Shown here: piece after piece, positions 19,469-29,072 of the stretch | How the letters are laid out: each line of letters opens with the position of its first letter | How positions within the stretch are numbered: the stretch's first letter is position 1 | Virus record (IMG/VR): IMGVR_UViG_3300037045_000347 | Coordinates: 1 to 50,922 of that record | Strand: one strand, 5' to 3' | DNA: 50,922 nt | Origin: a virus | Taxonomy: Duplodnaviria; Caudoviricetes | The notes under the pieces: generated by a model | Told to the model about the DNA's origin: nothing | Database searches by the model: none | The model's input: only the letters and a program-made list of their open reading frames with translations | Translations under genes and position numbers: made by a program

Positions 19469-21388
19469 TCAATTAATCGGAATATGGAAGGCAGTAACTG
19501 TACCTTTATCCGGTTCTGAATTAATCTCCAGTTCTCCCTTTAGAAATTCTACTCGTGTTTTAATATTGTGTAATCCTATTCCTTTTTTCATTTCTGAATT
19601 TGTATCAAATCCAATTCCGTTATCTTCAATAAGCCCATGTAAAAAGGTATCATCTGCATCAAGTGTGACAAAAATATGTTTTGCATCAGCGTGCTTGATT
19701 ATATTATTTAAACATTCCTGAATTATTCTGTAAACATTGATTTTAACAGTGCTATTTAAACTGTCCGGTAATTCCGATATATTAACGTCAATTTTGATAT
19801 TTGGATTTTTAAATTTAAAGCATAATTCTTCCAAAGCAACTTTAAGTCCTTTTGAAATAATAAAGCTGGGCAATAACTGGTGCGATACATCACGTATTTC
19901 ATTTATTGATTCGTCTACCAAATCTAATGTTTTAAAATAAATTTCTGAAACTTTTGCGTCTAATGGTCTTACGTGAGTCTGCATAAACTGCAAATTCATT
20001 TTTATAACGCTTAAGAGCTGTCCTAAACCATCATGCAATGAAGCTCCAATTTTGTTTTTTTCATTTTCTTCCGTTTCAAATATAGATTGTGTTAATTTTT
20101 GCTGTTGCTCCAGTTCTAATGATTTTATTTTGGATTCCTGTCTGTATTTAAGTGCTCTGTACAGAAAATAAGCAGTAAGTAATATACCAAAAAGAGAAAT
20201 TAATGTAAACCAGATAATTAAATTTTTATTTTTGATCTCGTCGTTTTGTTGGACTATAGTGATTTCTTTTTGAGCCAGGTTATATTTTGTTTCCATTTCA
20301 GCAATTTTCTCCGCTGAAGCCTTATTATTCAGAGAGTCCTTAAGACTTAAAAGTTCAATTAAAATACTCGAAGCAGTTTTATAGTCTTTTTTACCGAGAT
20401 AATTTTGATATAATCCAGAAAGAATAAAGGCTTTTTTTGCTTCCAGGTTGTTTTTATCAGCAATTTCTAATGCTTCCCTTGCTATTTTTATACCTTCATC
20501 ATATTTTTTATCTGAAGCATAAAGCTGTGAAAGCTGTGCCATATCGGAAATTATATAAAACGGGTCTCCGATTTTTTGTCGCACAAACATAGATTCTTTT
20601 ACAGATTGGATAGCTTTTGGAATTTGATTGGTATTGGCATATATTTCAGCAAGGATATTTAATGAATTTGCTTCCGTTAAAAGTTGCTTGTATTTCCGGG
20701 CAAGGACTAAGTTTTGCAAAATAATTGTTTTTGCTGAATCGAGAGAGTTTAACGCTCCATAAGTAACAGCAAGGTTCAATAGAGATGCAATTTTATTTTC
20801 TTCAATGGAATCAGAAACGTGGCAATTTTTCACCTTCAAAAACCATTTCTTTGCTTCATCATATCTTTGCAACTCCATATTTGCCCAACCTATTCCATTC
20901 AAAGTAGCTAAATAACTAACAGTGTCTCTTTCAATAGTTTTATCATCCATTAGCTTGAAATATTCATCCAATGCATCTTTATGTAGTCCTTTCTTAATGA
21001 AAATAGAACTATTTAATAGTGAAAATTTACGCTTTAGACCGATATCTTTTACACCTTTTGAATTAATTTGATGACCTAAATCAAGTATCATCAAAGCTGA
21101 ATCCAGTTTACTTACCCTGTAATAGTAAGTAGCAAGGTAAAGGTATGATTTGCTCAAATAAAAACTGTTATTTTTCTTTTTTGATAATAAAACGGCTATG
21201 TTAGAGTATTTTTTAAGTGTGTCGTAAGGAAAAGTTCTGTATTCACTGCAAAATTCGAGTAGTGATTGAATTTTCTCTTCTTTATCAGTTGCTGACTTGT
21301 ATTTATTGAAATATAAATCGGCTTTAGGACTATTGCTGTAAGCAACTAAAACCGAAAAAATAAATATTATTGAAACAATTTTTTTCAT
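19469..21388 (-). CDS. TPR-repeat sensor histidine kinase (HisKA_3/NarX type)
   Basis: Signal/TM, periplasmic TPR helices, second TM, LHDGLGQ H-box, QECLNNIIKHA N-box, DNGIGF and GIGL G-boxes. Confidence 0.93.
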   Translation of the reverse strand: MKKIVSIIFIFSVLVAYSNSPKADLYFNKYKSATDKEEKIQSLLEFCSEYRTFPYDTLKKYSNIAVLLSKKKNNSFYLSKSYLYLATYYYRVSKLDSALMILDLGHQINSKGVKDIGLKRKFSLLNSSIFIKKGLHKDALDEYFKLMDDKTIERDTVSYLATLNGIGWANMELQRYDEAKKWFLKVKNCHVSDSIEENKIASLLNLAVTYGALNSLDSAKTIILQNLVLARKYKQLLTEANSLNILAEIYANTNQIPKAIQSVKESMFVRQKIGDPFYIISDMAQLSQLYASDKKYDEGIKIAREALEIADKNNLEAKKAFILSGLYQNYLGKKDYKTASSILIELLSLKDSLNNKASAEKIAEMETKYNLAQKEITIVQQNDEIKNKNLIIWFTLISLFGILLTAYFLYRALKYRQESKIKSLELEQQQKLTQSIFETEENEKNKIGASLHDGLGQLLSVIKMNLQFMQTHVRPLDAKVSEIYFKTLDLVDESINEIRDVSHQLLPSFIISKGLKVALEELCFKFKNPNIKIDVNISELPDSLNSTVKINVYRIIQECLNNIIKHADAKHIFVTLDADDTFLHGLIEDNGIGFDTNSEMKKGIGLHNIKTRVEFLKGELEINSEPDKGTVTAFHIPIN

Positions 21389-21510
21389 AAATCTACAAGA
21401 TCATTTTCTGATAAAACATTTAATATTTCAAATATAATATATTATTTCCCCGATTTTAGCAATCCTGCTTGATTTATAATAAACATTTGGTATAGTACAA
21501 AACCGATAAT

Positions 21511-22845
21511 CTACTTTTGGCGTAAAATAGTAACTTGTCTGTATGCCGTTTCCGGTCTTGTTCCTATAACACCCAAATATACTTTACCATGTAGGTATTT
21601 AAGTTTTTCTATTGTACCATATTTCAGGAAACTGTCTGAACCTATTACTGTATTTACACCACCGGGTGATAGCTTGTAAACCGACGTAGCTGTTTTATCC
21701 GAACCATTTTTACCGTAACCTGTATAGTATAAGTTTCCTTCTTCGTCCAGATCCAAATCAGATTTGTCTTTTTCACCATAAGTAATGCTTACGTTATCTA
21801 ATTTTTGCACAAATGTTTTAGAAGTGAAATTATAGACAAACGTGGAATATTTATCTGTTTTTTCATTGTATATGTAAAAGGACAGAATATTACCATCAAC
21901 AGAGTAATGACGGTATGTTTTTAGAGGTAATTGCAATGGGATTGACAAAGTAAGTTTTGCCACAGAAGTCCGGTGTATCATCCATTTCACTTCTTCATTC
22001 GGACGATTTCCGAAACCTGTTTCCAGCTCCGTAACTTCCAGTTCATTTTCCCTGAATTCTATTGCAACACTTTTACCATTTACGCGTGGTTCGGTTAAAC
22101 CCCCATGAGTAGCGTTTGCTTCCTGATAATAATAATGTGTGTGGATGGTTCCCATAAAATTCATACTTTCATCTGCCATGTTTGCTCCAAATATATAAAA
22201 ACTTCGCGGGTTTAAATTGATTGTCGGATTTCGAAATGCCATATCAAAATCACCACTTTGATATTGGCTGAAATTTACATTGCTGTTCTCATCATTCGAT
22301 GCCTGACCTTTCATTAAATAAGCTTTCAGTCCGTTTTTATAATGCTGGAAACCACTAACAAAATAATTGGTGTATGGCTTAAAGGCTTCCATTTTAAGGT
22401 TATAATACTCACCATTGGAATAGTACTGAGGATTTCTGCTAATAACCTGATTGTACATGGTCATTGCAAATTTATTCAAAGTTAGTTTTGCAGGTGATTT
22501 TGTATTTAAATCAATGCTTTTCCGGTAACAAGTATAAATTCCATCCTGCTGACTTTGCCACCAAGTCCAGAATACAAGATTGAGCTGATTTTTCTCATCC
22601 ACCGTAAAATCAGATATTCCGGCTGTGGAAGTATTTTCCCTTCCAGACAAAGAACCGACATTCATCATAGAGTCATACACACTTTCCCATTCAGCTTTAT
22701 CGTGAAGCAAATTGACAACTGCAAATGGGTCTGCAGGATTATTCGGGTCTTCCGGTGTATTAGTTTCTGTTTCGCAAGATAATATAAATACCGTGGAAAC
22801 TATAAATAGTAAAGTAATACATTTTGTAATTTTCATTATTGTCAT
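21511..22845 (-). CDS. Lipoprotein, paralogue B (beta-rich)
   Basis: Lipobox FILS-C followed by acidic residues; collinear similarity to the 22847-24202 protein. Confidence 0.8.
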   Translation of the reverse strand: MTIMKITKCITLLFIVSTVFILSCETETNTPEDPNNPADPFAVVNLLHDKAEWESVYDSMMNVGSLSGRENTSTAGISDFTVDEKNQLNLVFWTWWQSQQDGIYTCYRKSIDLNTKSPAKLTLNKFAMTMYNQVISRNPQYYSNGEYYNLKMEAFKPYTNYFVSGFQHYKNGLKAYLMKGQASNDENSNVNFSQYQSGDFDMAFRNPTINLNPRSFYIFGANMADESMNFMGTIHTHYYYQEANATHGGLTEPRVNGKSVAIEFRENELEVTELETGFGNRPNEEVKWMIHRTSVAKLTLSIPLQLPLKTYRHYSVDGNILSFYIYNEKTDKYSTFVYNFTSKTFVQKLDNVSITYGEKDKSDLDLDEEGNLYYTGYGKNGSDKTATSVYKLSPGGVNTVIGSDSFLKYGTIEKLKYLHGKVYLGVIGTRPETAYRQVTILRQK

Positions 22846-22846
22846 T

Positions 22847-24202
22847 TTATTTTTGTCTTATAAAAGAAAGCTGGTGAATATCATAACCTGTTTTTTCCCC
22901 TGTAATGCACATGTAAATTTTTCCGTGCAGGAGTTTTAATTTTATAACCTGACCGGATTTCAAAAAGTTATCAGTTCCAACTAACGAAGTAGTGTTTCCA
23001 GAAGAAATTTTATACACTGAAATTCCATCTTTTTTTGTTCCGCTCCGGGCATAACCTGTATAGTACAAGTTGCCTTCTTCATCAATGTCAACATCACTTG
23101 CTGCAGAATCGCCGTATTCAAGAGAAACATCATCTAATACTGTTTTAAATTCCTTGGTGTTGAAATTATATACAAATGTGCTGTATTTGTTCGTTGTGAT
23201 ATTTTTCAATGCAAAGCTCATAATACTGCCATCAGAGTTGTAATGACGTATTGTTTTATATTCATACTTTGGATAAAGGTAAGGCTGTTTAACCCATGAT
23301 ACATATGGATTGTTCCACGGAATTTCGACAATATTAGTTGCTTTGGTTCCAGTTAAAGTTTCTTTTTGAAAATTGCCGGTGTCAGTAAATTCTATCGCCT
23401 GCAATTTATTTTCCTGAGTAAATCCAAAATAGACACTCGGTCCGCTTGTCCTTGCCTCACAGAAAAGTTGATATGTTTGAATATTTGGTTTAACATATTG
23501 AAATATGGCATAATCCACGTGAGCATTGGTTGATTTATAGTTGAATTCTTCATTGTCCTTTTTATTCAAATTCCAAAAAATAACCGCAGTATAGAAACTG
23601 CTCTTTCCCACAGCATTTTCATAACCAAGTTCCAGTGCACCTAATGGATAAAATGCTAAAGCAGGATAAAAACTAATATCTCCCTGAAAAATGGCTCTGT
23701 TATAAGAAATTCCACCACCGCCTTCGTTTGTTAAATAGCCTTCTGCAAAGTAATTTGTATAAGGTTTGTAAGATTCAAAAGCAAGATTGTGATCTGCCTG
23801 ATAATTTAATATATAACGTGTAAATACAGTTTCTTTAGCTGCATTAGGATTCTGCGGGATCATTTTTTTACCTGATAAATCCCAGGTTCTACGATAACTC
23901 TGATATAATGTAGATTGCTGTGAAGGCAATACCTGATAAAATACGAAGTTCATTCGTTGTTTCATATCCACCGTTAAGTCACTGATACCAAGACTTCCCT
24001 TAGCGCCTGAACTCAATACGCGTACTTCCATCACGGTATCCCACACATTTTCGTAAGAGGAATTATCATTCAGTACATTCACAGTTTCGTATCTGTTGGT
24101 AGTGTTATTCGGATCTTCAGGCGGATTAATTTCCGTTTTACAAGAAATAAAAAACACTGCTGTAATTATTATTAAACCAGAGAAAATTTTAGTAGTTTTC
24201 AT
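22847..24202 (-). CDS. Lipoprotein, paralogue A (beta-rich)
   Basis: Lipobox FFIS-C; shares PEDPNN, GISD.TVD, KPYTNYF, KYSTFVYNF, D.DEEGNLYYTGY with paralogue B. Confidence 0.8.
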   Translation of the reverse strand: MKTTKIFSGLIIITAVFFISCKTEINPPEDPNNTTNRYETVNVLNDNSSYENVWDTVMEVRVLSSGAKGSLGISDLTVDMKQRMNFVFYQVLPSQQSTLYQSYRRTWDLSGKKMIPQNPNAAKETVFTRYILNYQADHNLAFESYKPYTNYFAEGYLTNEGGGGISYNRAIFQGDISFYPALAFYPLGALELGYENAVGKSSFYTAVIFWNLNKKDNEEFNYKSTNAHVDYAIFQYVKPNIQTYQLFCEARTSGPSVYFGFTQENKLQAIEFTDTGNFQKETLTGTKATNIVEIPWNNPYVSWVKQPYLYPKYEYKTIRHYNSDGSIMSFALKNITTNKYSTFVYNFNTKEFKTVLDDVSLEYGDSAASDVDIDEEGNLYYTGYARSGTKKDGISVYKISSGNTTSLVGTDNFLKSGQVIKLKLLHGKIYMCITGEKTGYDIHQLSFIRQK

Positions 24203-24247
24203 CAATTATATAAAGAATCACTCTGAACTGCCAGAGATTAATTTGAA

Positions 24248-25033
24248 TTAAATTTTTACAGACCCACCAAATTTAATTTCCAGAATCGGGTGCGCTTTCG
24301 TGTTCTCAATGCCGTTTGTCAGGTCGTTTTCTACGCCCGGAATAAATAAATATCCTAAATCTACTCCACCGAACATTGTTATTCTTTTCCATGGTCGGAT
24401 TTCGTATGTCATTCCGACAACACCACCTAACCCTATCCTTCTCACGTAACTCTCAGAGCCATTGTGATATTCTGCCATACCCATACTGGTAGCCACAGCA
24501 TGTAGTTTAGTAGTCATAATACCATTTCTCATCGCTGGGTATCCATTGTAGTAAGCCCTTGAATGTGTTTGCCATTCCAACCCTCCCTGAAGTCTTGCAT
24601 ATAATCCGGCATCACCAAAAACTCCAGCCATTAAATCCACAGAAGGTCCAAAAACAGAGCGATATTCAGAGGTTCCTTTATAGAAATAAACTTTATCGCC
24701 GGTTTCTGCAACAATAAATCTGGTTTTTCCATCTACAAGCTCATCCTTCATATGATAAGTAGCACCTAATGAAACACCTTTAAAAGTACCCATGTGCCCT
24801 GCTACTCTCACATCAGCAATAGTTCCTAACTCATATGCAGCCTGTACGGTAGCAATGGAAGCTAAATTTATTTCTTTTAATTCTGTGTATGGAATTGGAA
24901 TATCAAGGTAGGCCCGAATACGTAATTTGCTAAAGTCTAAACTTTCCTGTTCTACTTGTGCTTTTGCAGAAAATGTAGTACTTATCAGAGCTACACTGAA
25001 TAAAATTTTCAATAATTGTTTTTTTGTTTTCAT
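24248..25033 (-). CDS. Secreted, probably outer-membrane beta-barrel protein
   Basis: Likely start MKTKKQ at 25033; signal peptide ending AKA-Q; alternating amphipathic Gly/aromatic strands to the C-terminus. Confidence 0.65.
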   Translation of the reverse strand: MKTKKQLLKILFSVALISTTFSAKAQVEQESLDFSKLRIRAYLDIPIPYTELKEINLASIATVQAAYELGTIADVRVAGHMGTFKGVSLGATYHMKDELVDGKTRFIVAETGDKVYFYKGTSEYRSVFGPSVDLMAGVFGDAGLYARLQGGLEWQTHSRAYYNGYPAMRNGIMTTKLHAVATSMGMAEYHNGSESYVRRIGLGGVVGMTYEIRPWKRITMFGGVDLGYLFIPGVENDLTNGIENTKAHPILEIKFGGSVKI

Positions 25034-25160
25034 GTTTGTTAGTTTTAGAATTCGAATTATTTTTTGAAAGACTATCATCACCGGGCGAACTTCAAAGCCC
25101 ATCCGCTAATTCCGATCTCTAACATAATACAGAAAAAATGAAATTCATGAGAAACTATTC

Positions 25161-27014
25161 TTATAAAGTGATTCTGGATACGAGCAGTTTGTCGCCTTTT
25201 GGTGTTTCGCTAAAAAAATAAACGTAATTGCCTATTCTCACGCGGTCATACCTGTCGTACAGGTAAAATTTGTTTTTCTCGTCCTGACCTAATGTTTTAA
25301 ATTCTGTACTATTGCCGTTTTCCAGATTTATTTGACCATACTGAATGCTATAAAACGGCATGTATGAAGTGCTTGTGACATTACTTGTAGCGGTAGAATA
25401 ATGGTCTGTTTCTTTGTCAATAGCTTTGACCATATCCATAACCCATTTTACGGTTTTTCCATCCTTGCTTTCATACACGTAACTGCTGGCTGGAAAATTA
25501 TCAGCCGTCATCGGGGAGTTATTTAAAAATCCTTTTTTGTTTTTCTGGTCAAGATTCACGGTGTAATTTCTTACCAGATTTCCGCTGGGAGAAAATTGCA
25601 AAAGATACATTCCCTGGTATACTTTAGTGTATGCAGGACCTGAAGTGGACGTAGAAATTCCTGTCATAGCTCCCAAAAGTTTGTTACTACCTAAGCCACC
25701 ACCGCCTGCTTTTGTGTCTTTGTAGTCTTGTAAGGCGAGCATCATCATTCCATTAGATAGCACCTGAAAATTGTCTGTAATGAATTTTTTACCATCAAAA
25801 CTCAACGGTTTTTTCATATCAGGCCCTGCTACTGCTTTGTCGTTTAGTTCTTTCATTGGTGTTTCCGTAATCATTTCCATAGCACCGTTTTTCACTTTGG
25901 CAAGAATAAAATCGGTATATTTTTTTGCATCCAGCAAGTCATCAATCTGAGATTGTGACGAAGTCATTTCTTCTTTTCCTGAAAGTATTCCTGCTATTTT
26001 GTTAACTCCACCCAGAATGTTTGAATTCATGTCAGTTTGTGATAGTGAAAGTTCTTCGTCACTCATACTTGTCATCGGAACAGTACTTCCTAAAAGGCTG
26101 AAAGCCGATTTACCGTTTTTTTTAATGGCAGGCCCATACAAGTAGACAGCATCTCCGTTATCATACGCATTTAGAATTCGGTAACCACTTGCAGGCGAAG
26201 CAAATGAGAAATTTTCCTTAATTTTACCATCCGGGCTGATACGTAAATACTGCAATTGTTCCGTATTGTCCTTATTCGGTGCCAGTACTAATACCCAGTC
26301 ACGCGGCATTTCTTCATTGGAGATATCGCCGCTGAGATTATCCTGTAACGGACGAGAGTAAAGCAGTGTCATATAATTGGGAAATTTTACATTTTGGAGA
26401 ACTTGCACATTACCTTCGTTATCAACTTTAATTAAATCATAGTTTCCTTCCCCTTTGATGTTACCTTTACCAGGATCGTAAGCAAGTGCCAGAATAGAAT
26501 TATCACTTTGTACAGCATATGCACCGCTGAAACGGTATTGTTCCCCTTCCGCATTATTCAGTTTTTGGCTTTCGAGCAATTTTACTTTCGTTTTGTAACG
26601 TCCAGCCCACCAATCCCATTTTTTAGTATATTGGCGTTTTTTATAAGTCATTTTTCCGGTTAATCCTGCTGAAACGGCTATGTTCTGACCTAAAACTTCA
26701 TCGCCTTTGTATGTAAATCCCTTGTAATTTTTCTGTGCCTGTTCAATTTCCCATTCATTGTCTGATTTTCCTAACAGGTTACAATCGGCATCAAAGGAAT
26801 AGGTTTGTGTACGTACTTTATTTTTCTTGCCGGGTAGAAAATAAATGAGATCAAATTTACCATTGTCTTTAGTTTCAATTCCACCCAGGTAACCATTGTC
26901 GGCTTCTCGGGAAATAGGATAGTTCTTTTCAAGAATTAATTCCTGCGACATTACATTCATTGTGCCTGTAAATGTGCACAATAAACTAAATAAGAATAGT
27001 TTTGCAGTTTTCAT
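25161..27014 (-). CDS. Secreted beta-rich hypothetical protein (possible beta-propeller)
   Basis: 617 aa, Sec signal ending VMS-Q; first gene of the cargo operon. Confidence 0.75.
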   Translation of the reverse strand: MKTAKLFLFSLLCTFTGTMNVMSQELILEKNYPISREADNGYLGGIETKDNGKFDLIYFLPGKKNKVRTQTYSFDADCNLLGKSDNEWEIEQAQKNYKGFTYKGDEVLGQNIAVSAGLTGKMTYKKRQYTKKWDWWAGRYKTKVKLLESQKLNNAEGEQYRFSGAYAVQSDNSILALAYDPGKGNIKGEGNYDLIKVDNEGNVQVLQNVKFPNYMTLLYSRPLQDNLSGDISNEEMPRDWVLVLAPNKDNTEQLQYLRISPDGKIKENFSFASPASGYRILNAYDNGDAVYLYGPAIKKNGKSAFSLLGSTVPMTSMSDEELSLSQTDMNSNILGGVNKIAGILSGKEEMTSSQSQIDDLLDAKKYTDFILAKVKNGAMEMITETPMKELNDKAVAGPDMKKPLSFDGKKFITDNFQVLSNGMMMLALQDYKDTKAGGGGLGSNKLLGAMTGISTSTSGPAYTKVYQGMYLLQFSPSGNLVRNYTVNLDQKNKKGFLNNSPMTADNFPASSYVYESKDGKTVKWVMDMVKAIDKETDHYSTATSNVTSTSYMPFYSIQYGQINLENGNSTEFKTLGQDEKNKFYLYDRYDRVRIGNYVYFFSETPKGDKLLVSRITL

Positions 27015-27041
27015 AAGTGTTTAATTTGAAATAATCATTTG

Positions 27042-27089
27042 CAAAAATACTTTCTGAGACTGCGCAAGTCAATACCCGAAACTGGGTAT
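27042..27089 (-). promoter_or_regulatory. Promoter of the cargo operon with a NarL-type 7-2-7 inverted repeat
   Basis: Minus-strand TATTTTTG at 27049-27042; TTGAC at 27072-27068; ATACCC-N6-GGGTAT at 27072-27089. Confidence 0.6.
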
Positions 27090-27228
27090 ATTAAAAGTAG
27101 AAAAAGACAGAACAAGTGATTTGCTTTGTCTGGATATTCCGGTCAAAATGACTAGTCTTTTCCGCCAATAATCGACTGTACGACGCCAACGGCAATCAAT
27201 ACGCCGATTTTAACAAAGTGATTACAAT

Positions 27229-27270
27229 AAAAAAGGAAAACCGGAACATCACTGCTCCGGTTTTCTTTTT
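27229..27270 (-). terminator. Rho-independent (possibly bidirectional) terminator
   Basis: GAAAACCGGA...TCCGGTTTTC hairpin with A and T runs on both sides, immediately after the 27271 stop. Confidence 0.8.
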
Positions 27271-27837
27271 CTACTGCAATCCCTGCTTTTTCAATTCCCT
27301 ATATTCAGCCCCTGTTATTGGCCTAAACTTAAATGCGTTGTAAAAGACTCTGTACACTTCATCATAATCCTGTGCTTCAAATGCCAATCGAATTTTCCGT
27401 TCTGCTTCTCTTAACACTGCATTCGGAATGTATGCGATTGTGTCAATGTCATCGTTTGCTCTAAATATTTCAATAACCATATCATACGCTTCAAGTAAGT
27501 CCGGTATAAAATATCCATCAGGATGTAATATATCAGTGGCATATCTCAATAATGCTGGTTCTTCTGAAATGGTGTCTTTTCCGGCAAATCCAATAGATGC
27601 ACCTAGTCCGGTTGTAGCATTCAATGCTGCATTGTAGCATCTGATATTGTTAGCTCGTTTGACGATCTCCAAATGAGTAAGATGTTCCGGGTTTTCGGAG
27701 ACTCTTTGTGAACTTACATTCGAGACCTTCTTTTCTCCTTTAATTTTCAACATTGTTGTTGGGTCTAAATAGAAACCCTTCTCTTGCTCACATGATACGA
27801 GCATAAAAATCAACGAAATAAATAAAATCCTTTTCAT
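27271..27837 (-). CDS. Stand-alone lipoprotein
   Basis: MKRILFISLIFMLVS-C lipobox; divergent from the lysis genes; own terminator. Confidence 0.8.
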   Translation of the reverse strand: MKRILFISLIFMLVSCEQEKGFYLDPTTMLKIKGEKKVSNVSSQRVSENPEHLTHLEIVKRANNIRCYNAALNATTGLGASIGFAGKDTISEEPALLRYATDILHPDGYFIPDLLEAYDMVIEIFRANDDIDTIAYIPNAVLREAERKIRLAFEAQDYDEVYRVFYNAFKFRPITGAEYRELKKQGLQ

Positions 27838-27907
27838 GTCAATAATAATTAGAAATATATTTGCAAATATAGCATATATTATAATATATTACAAATAATT
27901 ATTTATA

Positions 27908-27945
27908 AAAGTGCTTACCACATAAGCACTTTATTGGTAAATTTG
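27908..27945 (+). promoter_or_regulatory. Putative late promoter of the lysis cassette
   Basis: AAAGTGCTTA-ccaca-TAAGCACTTT (perfect arms), then TAAATTTG at 27938-27945. Confidence 0.7.
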
Positions 27946-27963
27946 CGATAAATTTCTAATGGC

Positions 27964-28248
27964 ATGGTTAATCAAAGTGATAAAATTACTTCAAAGACTT
28001 GGATAGGTTGGGCATTGACAATCATTTTGTCGATTGTTGGTGCATGGACATCCATGAGTTCGAGAGTATATTCAACTGAATCCCAAATCCGACTATTGGA
28101 ACTTAGAGTTTCAGCAGTTGAAAAGGGATATGATAAGCAGCTTGAAAATATGGTTAAACTGAATGAGCAATATAATGAAATCAAACAATCGCTTATACGA
28201 ATTGAAGGTGTTCTGAACACCAAAGCAGATAAACAATATAGACAGTAG
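27964..28248 (+). CDS. Single-TM coiled-coil lysis-cassette protein (holin/antiholin-like)
   Basis: N-terminal TM (WIGWALTIILSIVGAW) plus heptad-like tail; first gene of the lysis module. Confidence 0.55.
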   Translation: MVNQSDKITSKTWIGWALTIILSIVGAWTSMSSRVYSTESQIRLLELRVSAVEKGYDKQLENMVKLNEQYNEIKQSLIRIEGVLNTKADKQYRQ

Positions 28249-28251
28249 ATT

Positions 28252-28617
28252 ATGATGAACATTGTGGGGTGGATTAAAGGAAAGCTAAAGTGCTATCCGG
28301 AATTGTATTCAATTCCCATTGCTTTACTGGCATGGGTAATAAGTATTGAGTTTTTGAGGGCATTAGATCAAACGGTTGGTATTTATGATTCAGGGATATT
28401 TCAGATACCGATCTTTTCAACCATTTTGCTTTTCACTTTTCTTTCAGTTGCATGGTTGGCAATGGGTCTTATCTTCGGCTCATTGAGACGATTTCTAAAG
28501 GATGAATTTAAATACGCATTTCAGCAGTTAGATTTATGGGAAAAGGTTCTATTATCGTATATAGTGTTCTTCTCACTTGTATTTTCTCTTGTAGCTCTTT
28601 CCTTCGTGCTGACATAA
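28252..28617 (+). CDS. Putative holin (three TM segments)
   Basis: 121 aa, three hydrophobic segments, directly upstream of the endolysin. Confidence 0.65.
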   Translation: MMNIVGWIKGKLKCYPELYSIPIALLAWVISIEFLRALDQTVGIYDSGIFQIPIFSTILLFTFLSVAWLAMGLIFGSLRRFLKDEFKYAFQQLDLWEKVLLSYIVFFSLVFSLVALSFVLT

Positions 28618-29072
28618 GGCAAAGGGTTGTCGGGATTTATTCAGCAGAAATTGGAGTAAGGGAACGAACCGGAAATAATGATGGTGAAAGGGTGGAGATG
28701 TATTTGAAATCATGTGGTCTGAAAAAAGGCCAGCCATGGTGTGCAGCTTTCGTTACATGGACTTTCCAACAAGCCGGAATTGAAACCGTTATCAGTGCTT
28801 ACTCTCCTTCATGGTTCCCGAATAAAAAGGTTATCTACACAAATGGTTCAAAGCTGAACTTAACTCCCATGCAAGCAGATGTTTTTGGTATCTACTTCAA
28901 CTCAAAAGGTCGGATAGCTCATGTTGGTTTTGTTGATCAATGGGCTGAAAATTCATCTTTCTGTCTGACAGTGGAAGGAAATACGAACGAAGCAGGGAGT
29001 CGGGAAGGGGACGGGGTTTATCGAAAAAGAAGATTAAAAAAACAGATTTATAAAGTTAGCAGATGGATTTGA
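28536..29072 (+). CDS. CHAP-type endolysin with N-terminal hydrophobic signal
   Basis: EIGVRE, PWCAAFVTW (Cys), AHVGFV (His), TVEGNT motifs. Confidence 0.88.
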   Translation: MGKGSIIVYSVLLTCIFSCSSFLRADIRQRVVGIYSAEIGVRERTGNNDGERVEMYLKSCGLKKGQPWCAAFVTWTFQQAGIETVISAYSPSWFPNKKVIYTNGSKLNLTPMQADVFGIYFNSKGRIAHVGFVDQWAENSSFCLTVEGNTNEAGSREGDGVYRKRRLKKQIYKVSRWI

